Assembly: GCA_031385045.1 (NCBI GenBank)
Contig: JANNBC010000007.1
Coordinates: 75,941-139,940, forward strand
Length of the DNA stretch: 64,000 nucleotides
Direction: 5' to 3'
Source of the DNA: a bacterium
GTDB taxonomy: Bacteria > Bdellovibrionota_C > UBA2361 > CALJRW01
This document shows positions 48,106 to 59,301 of the stretch, piece by piece. The notes beneath the pieces were generated by a model, which was not told the origin of the DNA, did no database searches, and saw nothing but the letters and a program-made list of their open reading frames with translations. Every line of letters starts with the position of its first letter. Position 1 is the first letter of the stretch. Both the position numbers and the translations under genes were made by a program.

Positions 48106-50367
48106 TTAGGCAAATTGAAAAATAAGTTTTTCATCAACTAAGTCAATTTGAACATCTCCGCCTTTTTTTAATCGTCCAAAAAGAATTTCATCCGCTAAAG
48201 CATCTTTAATCTCTTTCTGAATTAATCGTCGCATTGGTCTGGCACCTAACTGTGTATCAAAGCCTTTACTTGCTAAATATTCCCGAGCTTTGAGACTAAG
48301 TTGTAACTTGATTTTTTTCTCTAGTAATTTTCCGGCCAAGTCAGCAATAAACTTATCAACGATATTTAAAACAACCTCCGTTGGTAAAGCTTGGAAATAG
48401 ATTGTCTCATCAAGTCGATTCCTAAATTCTGGACGAAACATCTGCTTCACAGCTTGTTCTCGTTTAGAATTAAATTGTGAGTTACCAAAGCCCAGCGCAT
48501 TAGAACTTTCCGAACCAACATTACTAGTCATAATTAAAATACAATTTCGGAAATCGGCCTTACGCCCCTGAGCATCGGTCAGTGTGGCATCATCCATAAT
48601 TTGCAACAAAATATTAAAAACATCGTAATGTGCTTTCTCAATTTCATCTAATAAAATGACTGCATAAGGTTGCTTACGAACAAGATCAGTTAGAATCCCC
48701 CCTTCATCGTAACCAACATATCCTGGGGGCGCACCAACTAAACGAGCAACAGCATGCTTCTCCATGTATTCACTCATGTCAAAGCGCTGAAAAGGAACTT
48801 TTAAAACACTAGCTAGTTCTTTGGCCAATTCTGTTTTTCCAACACCAGTTGGCCCAGCAAAGAGAAAAGATCCAATTGGTTTTCGATCGTCTTGTAAGCT
48901 AGCCCTACTACGTTTAATTGCCTTACAAACAGCATCAACTGCGGCATCTTGCCCAAAAACTCTTTCTTTTAATCGGATCTCAATATTTGCTAAATGATCA
49001 GAGTCCTGATCGTCAGGTGCATCAACTGGAACTCCAGCAATCATTGCGACAACATTAGCAATTTCTTTTTCCCCAATAATTGCTTTTCTTTTCTTGGCAA
49101 CAAGTAAGTTATTACTAGCAGCAGCTTCGTCTAGCACATCAATTGCTTTATCCGGCAAAAATCGATCATTAATATGTTTCGCAGATAATTTAGCTGCTGC
49201 CTCTAATGCTAAATCACTAAAAGTAACATTGTGGTAATCTTCGAAATGCTTTTTTAGTCCTTTAAGAATCTCCACAGTCTCAGCAACTGTTGGCTCATTT
49301 AACGTAACCTTAGAGAAACGTCGGTTCAGTGCCCGATCTTTTTCAAAACTCTTTTTAAATTCATCGTGCGTAGTGCTTCCAATACAACGAAGCAAGCCTT
49401 TTGCTAAAGCTGGCTTCAGTAGGTTAGCAGCATCTAAAGATCCAGCACCGGTCGATCCTGCTCCAACTAATGTATGAATTTCATCAATAAACAGAATTGG
49501 ATTAGGCAATTCTGATAAATCCTTCAAGATCAACTGCAAACGCTCTTCTAATTCACCGCGAAACTTTGTACCGGCAATTAAAGTTCCAACTTCTAAAACA
49601 AATAATTCCGATTCTTTTAAAATATCAGGAACCTCGCCTCGCACTATCTTCTGAGCCAAACCAGCCGCCATGGCAGTTTTACCAACACCAGCATCGCCAA
49701 TTAAAATTGGATTGTTTTTTTGACGTCGACTTAAAATTTGAATCACTCGTTGCAATTCTAGATCCCGACCTATGACTGGATCTAAAGTTCCTTTCTTAGC
49801 CTCTTCTGTTAGATTTTCGGTGTAAAGACGAAGATATTTCCCTGCTGACTTTTGTTGTTGCTGTTCTTTTTCACGAACAATTAATTGCTTATCGGAATTA
49901 TCAAAAAGCGGAAGCTTACTAATTCCATGAGTAATGTAATGAATTAATTCAATCTTAGTTAACCCTTGCTTCTTTAAATAATAGGCAGCATGCGAATCAG
50001 GCTCATCCAAGATTTGGATTAAAACTTCCTTTTCTGTAACCAGGTTCTTGCCAGCAGCTTTCATCTGGATAATGGCACGCTCTAAGACATTTTGGACTGC
50101 TGTAGTCTGAATTGGAGCAATTTCTTCAATCTCAAATTGACGTTGATCATCCCCAAGAGCAACAGTTTCAATACTTTCATCAAAATATTTTTCTAAGTCA
50201 GCTTTTAATGTATCAACATCACCACCTGCCTGCTTAATTATCTCACGGACATTATCATTATGAATAAGAGCAAATAGAATATGCTCTAAACAAAAGTACT
50301 GATGCTTTCGACTAGAAGCCTCTTTGTAGGCAGCTTCCAGTAAGTAGGCAAATTCGGTACTAAACAT
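48106..50367 (-). CDS. clpA: ATP-dependent Clp protease ATP-binding subunit ClpA
   Basis: Clp N-domain, two Walker A motifs (GDAGVGKT, GPTGVGKT), no long middle domain, follows clpS. Confidence 0.95.
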   Translation of the reverse strand: MFSTEFAYLLEAAYKEASSRKHQYFCLEHILFALIHNDNVREIIKQAGGDVDTLKADLEKYFDESIETVALGDDQRQFEIEEIAPIQTTAVQNVLERAIIQMKAAGKNLVTEKEVLIQILDEPDSHAAYYLKKQGLTKIELIHYITHGISKLPLFDNSDKQLIVREKEQQQQKSAGKYLRLYTENLTEEAKKGTLDPVIGRDLELQRVIQILSRRQKNNPILIGDAGVGKTAMAAGLAQKIVRGEVPDILKESELFVLEVGTLIAGTKFRGELEERLQLILKDLSELPNPILFIDEIHTLVGAGSTGAGSLDAANLLKPALAKGLLRCIGSTTHDEFKKSFEKDRALNRRFSKVTLNEPTVAETVEILKGLKKHFEDYHNVTFSDLALEAAAKLSAKHINDRFLPDKAIDVLDEAAASNNLLVAKKRKAIIGEKEIANVVAMIAGVPVDAPDDQDSDHLANIEIRLKERVFGQDAAVDAVCKAIKRSRASLQDDRKPIGSFLFAGPTGVGKTELAKELASVLKVPFQRFDMSEYMEKHAVARLVGAPPGYVGYDEGGILTDLVRKQPYAVILLDEIEKAHYDVFNILLQIMDDATLTDAQGRKADFRNCILIMTSNVGSESSNALGFGNSQFNSKREQAVKQMFRPEFRNRLDETIYFQALPTEVVLNIVDKFIADLAGKLLEKKIKLQLSLKAREYLASKGFDTQLGARPMRRLIQKEIKDALADEILFGRLKKGGDVQIDLVDEKLIFQFA

Positions 50368-50691
50368 TTAAACTTCCTCCATAATAGCTTTTAAAGGATA
50401 ATCATGTGCCTCTGCCGTAAAATGAACTTGACGCACTTTGGTCTCAGCAATCTCCCGTGGATAAATCCCACAAAGTCCTTTCCCCTCTTTATGTACCTTC
50501 ATCATTACCCGCACAGCTTCTGCCGGATTCTTGTTAAAAATTGTCTCTAAAACATCAACTACAAAGTCCATGCTAGTATAGTCGTCATTAAGTAGTAAAA
50601 CCTTAAACAATTTTGGCTCCGCCAAATCAGTCTTATCTGCGACGGCAACTTCTCCTTCAGAGGCTGGGTTAGTATTCTTCTTGTTGGCCAT
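50368..50691 (-). CDS. clpS: Clp protease adaptor ClpS
   Basis: VLLLNDDYTSMDFVV, VH..GKG.CG, EIAETK, YPL. Confidence 0.96.
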   Translation of the reverse strand: MANKKNTNPASEGEVAVADKTDLAEPKLFKVLLLNDDYTSMDFVVDVLETIFNKNPAEAVRVMMKVHKEGKGLCGIYPREIAETKVRQVHFTAEAHDYPLKAIMEEV

Positions 50692-50824
50692 TAATTTAAC
50701 TTAAGTAGGGAGAAAAGAGGTTAATGCTGTAACCGTTCTCTTTAATTCTAATCTATCTTTTATCTTAGGAAAAGATTAGCATACTTACGTTCAAGATAGT
50801 AATAGATTTTAGCTAGACAACCCC

Positions 50825-51460
50825 ATGCAATGCCTTCAATGTGGAAAAGAAATTTTAAATAATGCAAAAATTTGTCTTAGTTGCGCAGAAATCGCAATTA
50901 AAAGCTGCCAGTCTCCGGAGGCAAAATATAAGATTACAACAATTGGGAAAAGAGCTTCCGCCCTAACAGTGGAAAGTCTACTTTGGATGTTTTTAACATT
51001 CCTAGCAATTTACTTGATACTCAAAATTAATTTAAAAGGTGGGCATTCTTCTCTCACTGAGCAACTAGTTCCACTAGTTATCTCCCCCGATAAAACTCTA
51101 ATCACCAAGATCGTCTTGCAATTACTGATCAGTGTAAATCTTCTAGCAATCATTTACACCGGATTAATGTTTCATTATTTTGGAACCACAATTGGCAAAA
51201 TCTGCCTTGGAATTACAATTATTAATCAAAAAACTGGCCAAAAACTTAACTGGCTTGAAGGCATCCTGCGCGACTGGGTTTATAAATCTGGTTTAAACCT
51301 AATTGCCACTATCGCAACCTTTTATGCCTCTGCTTCTATAGCTTCCTTATTATCGGTAATGGTGTTTATTATAACATTGGTTCAATACCTGCTACCGTTT
51401 ATTGATAAAGAAAAAAAGGCCTTACATGACTACCTCTCTGGTACGATAGTAGTGGAATAA
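50825..51460 (+). CDS. RDD-family membrane protein with an N-terminal Zn ribbon
   Basis: CxxC..CxxC; KR..A...E; TIGK; LHDYLSGT.VV. Confidence 0.8.
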   Translation: MQCLQCGKEILNNAKICLSCAEIAIKSCQSPEAKYKITTIGKRASALTVESLLWMFLTFLAIYLILKINLKGGHSSLTEQLVPLVISPDKTLITKIVLQLLISVNLLAIIYTGLMFHYFGTTIGKICLGITIINQKTGQKLNWLEGILRDWVYKSGLNLIATIATFYASASIASLLSVMVFIITLVQYLLPFIDKEKKALHDYLSGTIVVE

Positions 51461-51497
51461 AAATGCAAGAAATTAATGAATTCATAAATAACTTACT

Positions 51498-52130
51498 ATG
51501 GCTATTATCGCATTTCCGCCATTAGATACTGCAGATGTTGATGGACTCCTAGCTTTTGGCGGAGACTTAGAAGTAGAGTCCTTACTGCTGGCCTATCAAA
51601 GTGGCATCTTCCCCTGGCCCCATAACAAGTTTGAACTCCTTTGGTTTGCTCCTCCAATTAGAGCGATCTTAGAAATAGAAAATTTTCATATTAGTAAGAG
51701 CTTAAAAAGAGTTATCAATCAAAAAAATTACGAATTCCATAAAAATAAGGATTTTCAGTCGGTAATTACCCACTGCGCCAATGTCCCTAGAGTTGGACAG
51801 CCTGGGACTTGGATTACTAAACGGATGATAAAAGCCTACATTGATTTACACTTAGCAAATTACGCTGATTCTTATGAAATTTATCAAGATAATAAATTAG
51901 TGGGTGGAGTCTATGGAGTAAGAATTAAAAACTACTTTGCCGCCGAATCAATGTTTCATTTGACTGATAATGCTTCTAAGCTAGCCTTATATCATTTAAC
52001 AGAAGATCTAAAACAACAAGGAATTACTTGGCTAGATTGCCAAGTTCAAAATCCATTTTTAAAAAAAATCGGAGTGAGCGAATTGCCCCGAGGGGAATTC
52101 TTAAAAAAACTGAGTTTACAGCTTTGCTAG
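51498..52130 (+). CDS. aat: Leucyl/phenylalanyl-tRNA-protein transferase
   Basis: GLLAFGGDL, AYQSGIFPW, TWIT, LVGG.YG, ESMFH, ASK.AL. Confidence 0.95.
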   Translation: MAIIAFPPLDTADVDGLLAFGGDLEVESLLLAYQSGIFPWPHNKFELLWFAPPIRAILEIENFHISKSLKRVINQKNYEFHKNKDFQSVITHCANVPRVGQPGTWITKRMIKAYIDLHLANYADSYEIYQDNKLVGGVYGVRIKNYFAAESMFHLTDNASKLALYHLTEDLKQQGITWLDCQVQNPFLKKIGVSELPRGEFLKKLSLQLC

Positions 52131-52134
52131 TAAC

Positions 52135-52944
52135 TTACTTATTAATAGTATTAACTACTGTCATCATTCTTTGTGGAAATGGAATTGTAATCCCATTTTG
52201 ATCAAAACTATTTTTAACTTTCTCAACCAAATCAAAATAGAAATCCCAGTAATCTTCGTTAGCAACCCAACTCCGCACATAGATATTCACAGCACTATCG
52301 GCTAGTTGCCCAACAATAATTTGATTATTAAGATCCTTAATTACCCGTGGATCATTATTAATAATTTCTTGTAATAATTTTTTAGCAAAGGAAATGTCAT
52401 CTTGATAAGATATGCCAAAAGTTAGATCCACTCGACGAGTACTTTGAGTTGAAAAATTAACTAATGATTGATTAGCTAATTGAGCATTGGGAATAACTAC
52501 AGTTTTATTATCTGTTGTAGTTAAGATAGTATTAAAAATTTGAATTTCCCGAACAGTTCCTCCAAGCGCTTGCGCTTCAATATAATCACCAACCTTAAAA
52601 GGTTTAAAAGCTAAAATTACTAAGCCTCCAGCAAAATTTTGCAAAGTACCAGAAAGCGCCATCCCAATCGCCACCCCAGCACCACCAAGCAAAGCTACCA
52701 AGGAAGTCATCTCAACTCCCAAAGTTCCAACTGCAATTAAAACCAGTAAGCCTTTTAAACTAAAGTCCGATAGGTTTAACAAAAACCCTTTTAAAGAAGG
52801 CTCGAGCGAGGAACGATCAAAAAACTTTGCTAAAATTTTATTAACAATTTTTAAAACCTGCCAACCAATCAGCAGGATTAACAAAGTAAAAATTGTACGC
52901 AGTAAATATGGAGTAATAATACTAGTAATTTGATCTAGAGTCAT
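52135..52944 (-). CDS. mscS: Small-conductance mechanosensitive channel
   Basis: AIGMAL.GTL.NFAGG, PFKVGD.I, IPN, IPFPQR. Confidence 0.95.
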   Translation of the reverse strand: MTLDQITSIITPYLLRTIFTLLILLIGWQVLKIVNKILAKFFDRSSLEPSLKGFLLNLSDFSLKGLLVLIAVGTLGVEMTSLVALLGGAGVAIGMALSGTLQNFAGGLVILAFKPFKVGDYIEAQALGGTVREIQIFNTILTTTDNKTVVIPNAQLANQSLVNFSTQSTRRVDLTFGISYQDDISFAKKLLQEIINNDPRVIKDLNNQIIVGQLADSAVNIYVRSWVANEDYWDFYFDLVEKVKNSFDQNGITIPFPQRMMTVVNTINK

Positions 52945-53127
52945 GGTTGGTATGGTTATTAAGGCTTAATAATCTTATTCCACAATCAGCATCTGTGATA
53001 CGTATTTTTTTAAGTGATCAAATCTCATATTTTTAAGTTCCCACACAGCCGAATCTTCAATTTGCATTAATTCTCAACTTATTTTAAATTATTTATTCCA
53101 ATCAAATGAAGTAGATACTTTGTTTAT

Positions 53128-54708
<1,581 letters not shown>

Positions 54709-54725
<17 letters not shown>

Positions 54726-54861
54726 GGGTATTTTTACAAGCAGTATAATTATCTACCATAGCTTCACTAATAGAAGTTAATGCCTCAATAGCTTGAACAA
54801 CCTCATCTGGGTTTAATTCAAGCAGTTTACAATAATTCTCTATATCGATATCCAAAGTCAT
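54709..54861 (-). CDS. Small acidic protein (50 aa) overlapping the integrase start; absent from the ORF track
   Basis: MTLDIDIENYCKLLELNPDEVVQAIEALTSISEAMVDNYTACKNTHEGNK*, overlapping the integrase 5' end by 17 nt. Confidence 0.6.
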
Positions 54862-54929
54862 CACACATGCCTTTTATAAAGGCTAGGTGTCTAACTTTGG
54901 TGTTTCCATTTATTAGCATTGCCTAGTTT

Positions 54930-55751
54930 TTAAATTTTAATACTTTCTTTTATCTTAATTTTTTTAACTCCTGCTAGTTTAGAAGTTTCGATGTTGCCGT
55001 ATACAATTCTCTCCGCCATTTCCTTCAATCTTTCTTCATCGACAGGATTATCAGCAGACTTATGAATCTCACAACGTTCAATCTCTCCATGTTTCTTTAT
55101 GACAGTCACTTCTTTCACTAGAGGATCTCTAAGTGCATAAATTACTCTTGTTTCTTGATCTGAAAATTTATTTGATAGATCGTTTGCTTTGATAGAATTA
55201 ATTGAATCTGGGAATGCTCTTTCAATAATTTGATTCAAACTAACTAGTGTTATTGTTCTAAGGTTTGAAATGCTAACATTTAGAAAAATGGCAATCATTT
55301 CTCTAGTTGCTAATTGACAAGTTCCATCCTTATGGAAAATTAAAAAAATTGGTTCATTTGCTAGAGCAAATGTTGTCCCAGCTTCAAATAAATATGACGG
55401 TTTAGTGTTTGTTAAGAAATGACTTGTTTGATAACTTTTTTTTATTTGCTCGAAAGAGACACCCACCGTTCTAAGCTCCGCAACGACATCAATCCAGAGT
55501 AAATCTAAAAAAGAATACTCTCGCCACCCTGTTGCTTCTAAGCTCTTTGATGACTCAATTATGCCTGAATCTGCCCAATGTGAAAGGACTCTGGCAGGCA
55601 ATCCTGTATTCTTAGTATGATATTTTTTTTCACAAAGAAACTTAATGATCTCCGACTTTTCATCTCTGGACTGAACATATTCCGCAATTTGTACTTCAAA
55701 ATCATTGGGAATTGGGATATGATTTTTTGGTGCTACTAATTCATTTATCAT
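54930..55751 (-). CDS. MerR-type HTH domain protein
   Basis: TGLPARVLSHWADSGII...GWREYSFLDLLWI.VV.ELR..G.S.EQIK. Start probably ATG 55751. Confidence 0.75.
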   Translation of the reverse strand: MINELVAPKNHIPIPNDFEVQIAEYVQSRDEKSEIIKFLCEKKYHTKNTGLPARVLSHWADSGIIESSKSLEATGWREYSFLDLLWIDVVAELRTVGVSFEQIKKSYQTSHFLTNTKPSYLFEAGTTFALANEPIFLIFHKDGTCQLATREMIAIFLNVSISNLRTITLVSLNQIIERAFPDSINSIKANDLSNKFSDQETRVIYALRDPLVKEVTVIKKHGEIERCEIHKSADNPVDEERLKEMAERIVYGNIETSKLAGVKKIKIKESIKI

Positions 55752-55885
55752 AACAAAATGATTACATCTAAGTAACCATTTTGCAACTATTAGATTAATC
55801 AATATTATTAGTAGGTTATGCTATCATTGCTGATACAATAGGGATATCTCATCTTCTTAGATTGATTCTTTGGCTATGAGGATAG

Positions 55886-56422
55886 CTATTCTTGCTTATT
55901 CTTACCTGCTTGATTCTCAGCTACACTATCAATAAAACCATTTACATATGCTTTAGTAAGCTTTGTTTCTAACCGTCCTCTTTTGCCTGAATACCTGACT
56001 TGCAAACCATTAATCTTAGCATATTCAATCAAATCTGGAGTCAGAACGATACCAACTTTTTCTATTACTCGATCTCCACTTCGGACTTGCCTATCTACAT
56101 TATACAAATCAACTTCACCAACACCTAAGACCTCTGCCTTAGATATAAAGTACCAATCCATTGCACTTAGCTTTGAATATAAAACATATTTATCATCTTG
56201 AAATAATATTTGATTCTGGATATTTGCAGGAGTTGTTAAGTCACTAAAAAGCCCCCCGCCATCTGAAGGACTAGAAGATTTGTAGGACTTAGAATACTCA
56301 TCAAATTCATGATAGCTGTACATCTTCGTAGCATCATATTCTTGTTGATATGCTTGCTCAGGGGTAAGTGGAGTACAACTTGATAATAAAGTGATTATAA
56401 TTAAGAAAACAAAAAATCTCAT
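55886..56422 (-). CDS. Predicted lipoprotein
   Basis: MRFFVFLIIITLLSSC lipobox. Confidence 0.7.
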   Translation of the reverse strand: MRFFVFLIIITLLSSCTPLTPEQAYQQEYDATKMYSYHEFDEYSKSYKSSSPSDGGGLFSDLTTPANIQNQILFQDDKYVLYSKLSAMDWYFISKAEVLGVGEVDLYNVDRQVRSGDRVIEKVGIVLTPDLIEYAKINGLQVRYSGKRGRLETKLTKAYVNGFIDSVAENQAGKNKQE

Positions 56423-56516
56423 AGCTATTATTCCATTAATCAATAAATATTAATATCTCTAAATGATTGATGAGCTTAATCATCTGAAATTACTCAGCAA
56501 TCTAATAACTGCTAAT

Positions 56517-56534
56517 TGATGAGCATGCTCATCA
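56517..56534. promoter_or_regulatory. Perfect 18-bp palindrome, probable operator
   Basis: TGATGAGCATGCTCATCA ends 18 bp before the XRE start; the half-site TTGATGAGC recurs at 56467-56475. Confidence 0.65.
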
Positions 56535-56552
56535 TATCTCAAGCCATATTTC

Positions 56553-56762
56553 ATGGCAATGAAAAAGTTAAACAACGAATTATCCAAAAAGATAAAGCAA
56601 CTCAGAGGTGAGCAAACTCAACGTGAATTTGCAAGAAAGCTAGGTATTGATCAAGCAACTCTTAATAGAATAGAACAAAAAGCAGAGAACATCACCCTAA
56701 AGACAATTCAAAAAATCTGTACAAACTTAAAATGCTCTGTTGGTTCATTATTTAATGAATAG
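56553..56762 (+). CDS. XRE-family HTH regulator (controller protein-like)
   Basis: IKQLR..QTQREFARKLGIDQATLNRIE...NITLKTIQKI...L. Confidence 0.9.
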   Translation: MAMKKLNNELSKKIKQLRGEQTQREFARKLGIDQATLNRIEQKAENITLKTIQKICTNLKCSVGSLFNE

Positions 56763-56974
56763 CTAAGTTTGATTAGCACCTCAGATCTTTAATCTTATAC
56801 AATATATTGGAAGGACTTTGGGAAAATCGATCAGAATTTCCCGAATTTTCCTGCGTGGAGGGCATGACGATCTATAAAACAAAAGAAATCGTAACTTTTA
56901 ACGCCCCTACCCAATCATTTTAAATTTTATGCAAACCACTAGGAATTTTTATATCAAAGCTAAACTTAATAAAC

Positions 56975-57973
56975 ATGAATAGTAAAGCATGGACAGGAAA
57001 CCTTTTACCAAGTTCTCTAAGAAAGAATCTAATTTCTCAAACTCAAGCTCTTCCTAAGAGAGGTATTTACTACGATCAAAGTGTTCTTAGAGTACTCATG
57101 CGTGAGGAGGAAAGTTCAGCAAATAACCAGTTCCACAAGCAAACACTAGGAATGCCTGTTAGTAAGAATAAATTCACTTTAAAATTAATTTTAACTCCCA
57201 TATTTATGCAGGAGCTACTTGGGATCAAAGCACCTAATCCTTTATTAGATCCAATTTTTAAATTTGACAGATTGAATACATTAACAACGACTTTAGATTT
57301 ACTAAAATCAGTAAAAAAATTTAATCTTAATAACATACGTATAAAAAACTCCTCAGAGCTTATTCAAATAATTCAAACAAACTATCTACCATCTTACTTC
57401 AGACAAAAAATACTTAACTATCTTAATGAACCTGAAGAAAAAATACATGCAACTCTAGCTGAACACTGGGCATTTCAATCAATACAAGAGAAGCAGTTAC
57501 ATCCCAAGGGACAAACTCCACCATTTGATGATCTGGTCAAATTTTCGTTTATTCATCGTGAACATGGAACAAACCTTTCATTATTCAGATTATTTACTCA
57601 TATGGTTGAAAATGACTTTAATCTCCCCGCCACAGCTAAAACAGACGAAATTCTTGCTAAGATTAAAGAGTTAAAAAGCTATAAAACAGATAAAAAACTT
57701 TTTTTAGATCATTCAGATTTTGAATACGTACATTTAGCTGTAGCTGGTTTTGCAAGTTCTGGCATATCAAGCCCTACTATTTGCTTTACTCATGACTGTC
57801 CAGACATCGTTCGTAAACGCTACTCTTTGTATAAATACTTTTATAACCTCGTTCATAATTTAATTACGCATACTTTGGCTGATGATGAAATGATATTACC
57901 AATAACAGAAGGTCATATTATTTGCCTTAAGAATAACTATGAGATTGCAGATATAATCCCAAGAAAGTTTTAA
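56975..57973 (+). CDS. Hypothetical protein, putative divergent PIN-domain nuclease
   Basis: IYYDQSVL near the N-terminus and DHSDFEYVHLA...CFTHD near the C-terminus follow the PIN acidic pattern. Confidence 0.5.
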   Translation: MNSKAWTGNLLPSSLRKNLISQTQALPKRGIYYDQSVLRVLMREEESSANNQFHKQTLGMPVSKNKFTLKLILTPIFMQELLGIKAPNPLLDPIFKFDRLNTLTTTLDLLKSVKKFNLNNIRIKNSSELIQIIQTNYLPSYFRQKILNYLNEPEEKIHATLAEHWAFQSIQEKQLHPKGQTPPFDDLVKFSFIHREHGTNLSLFRLFTHMVENDFNLPATAKTDEILAKIKELKSYKTDKKLFLDHSDFEYVHLAVAGFASSGISSPTICFTHDCPDIVRKRYSLYKYFYNLVHNLITHTLADDEMILPITEGHIICLKNNYEIADIIPRKF

Positions 57974-58070
57974 TTACTGGCAATAAAAGCTAAATATGCT
58001 TCAACTTTATTATTTGAGGATAATTATATCATAGAAAGCCATCATTCGAGAGGTACTTAAGAATTATCTA

Positions 58071-59186
58071 TTAATTTTCAAAAGGTGATTTTGGATAAAT
58101 ATGTCTATGTAACAACTCTCCTCGAGTTTTCCTAACTAGATGCTTATTTAGATAAGCGAAAGAAGATTCAAGGTATGGCTTGAAGTATACTTCTAGGAAT
58201 TGCAATGTTTGATTTACCATTAAAGCTAAGATTACTAGTCCAGCAAATACGATGAAATTCATATTTAAATATTCTTTATAGAAAGCATTTATCTCCAATA
58301 TGAATTTTTTAAATGGAAAATATTGTTTGAATTTAAAAATTAAACTCAATATTACGATGTAAATTATCGCTCGATTTATTTTTGTAGGAAATGTAAGGCT
58401 AGAAGTTTTTAAGGAATGTTCTTGGAATGAGTCAAGATGAAACCTCTTTTCGTAAAGATTATAAGGAGAATCTTCAGTAACTAATTTAATTACATCCTCT
58501 AAAGTACGCTGTCTACGATGAGTTCCCTCGGACACATAAACTATTCCTAAAGGTAGGGATACGAACATTAAGAGATATTTTAATACAAAAGCAATACCAA
58601 AACATAATAGTTGTTTAATATACTCAATATGTAATTTACAACTTTGGATAATTTTATTTAAATTAGAATTGATCAATTTAGTATTAGAAAGATGATTCTT
58701 GAAGAGCAAGTCTAATATTTCTGGTAAAGTTTTTTGAACATCTTTGTAAATGAATACATCTTCAAATAAATCATAGACTATATTATTATCACTTACTTCC
58801 TTTGGGATTTCGCTATTATTTGCCTTCTCTCTTTCTGATCTTATAGGACAATCTAAGTCAGCTTCATTATATCTTCCAGAATGATCTTTAAAAAAGGTAT
58901 AATGGCTAATTGGCTTAATAGTAATACTAACAGGAACTTGAGTTCCCGAACCTTTTGGATGAAAACTAATAAGAATATTAGCTAATGTGTCTTTCTCTTC
59001 CTTTTGATTTTTAGCAACATAAAATAGAGAATTCGAATCTGGATATTCTCTACAAAGTGAGATTCCTGAATAATCATTTTCATCATAATACATCTTCCCT
59101 TCTTGAGTATATTTGTAAACATGCTTGTAGCTCAGAGCATGATTAAGCTTCTCTAATACAAATTCTGGTGAAAAAAATTGACTCAT
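58071..59186 (-). CDS. Hypothetical membrane protein (soluble N-domain plus 3-4 TM helices)
   Basis: 371-aa ORF with hydrophobic segments in the C-terminal half. Confidence 0.7.
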   Translation of the reverse strand: MSQFFSPEFVLEKLNHALSYKHVYKYTQEGKMYYDENDYSGISLCREYPDSNSLFYVAKNQKEEKDTLANILISFHPKGSGTQVPVSITIKPISHYTFFKDHSGRYNEADLDCPIRSEREKANNSEIPKEVSDNNIVYDLFEDVFIYKDVQKTLPEILDLLFKNHLSNTKLINSNLNKIIQSCKLHIEYIKQLLCFGIAFVLKYLLMFVSLPLGIVYVSEGTHRRQRTLEDVIKLVTEDSPYNLYEKRFHLDSFQEHSLKTSSLTFPTKINRAIIYIVILSLIFKFKQYFPFKKFILEINAFYKEYLNMNFIVFAGLVILALMVNQTLQFLEVYFKPYLESSFAYLNKHLVRKTRGELLHRHIYPKSPFEN

Positions 59187-59301
59187 CTAAAGCTACTAAT
59201 TTCAAAATTAAATATAAATCCAATGTTTTAATTATGGGTGCAATGACAGCCCAGAGAATAATGGAAGATTCACATACACATCCGAGAATTTTACGAATAA
59301 T

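Noticed and set aside
56812..56912. Imperfect hairpins downstream of the XRE gene as oriT or ncRNA
   Set aside because: Pairing is weak and no relaxase is in view.
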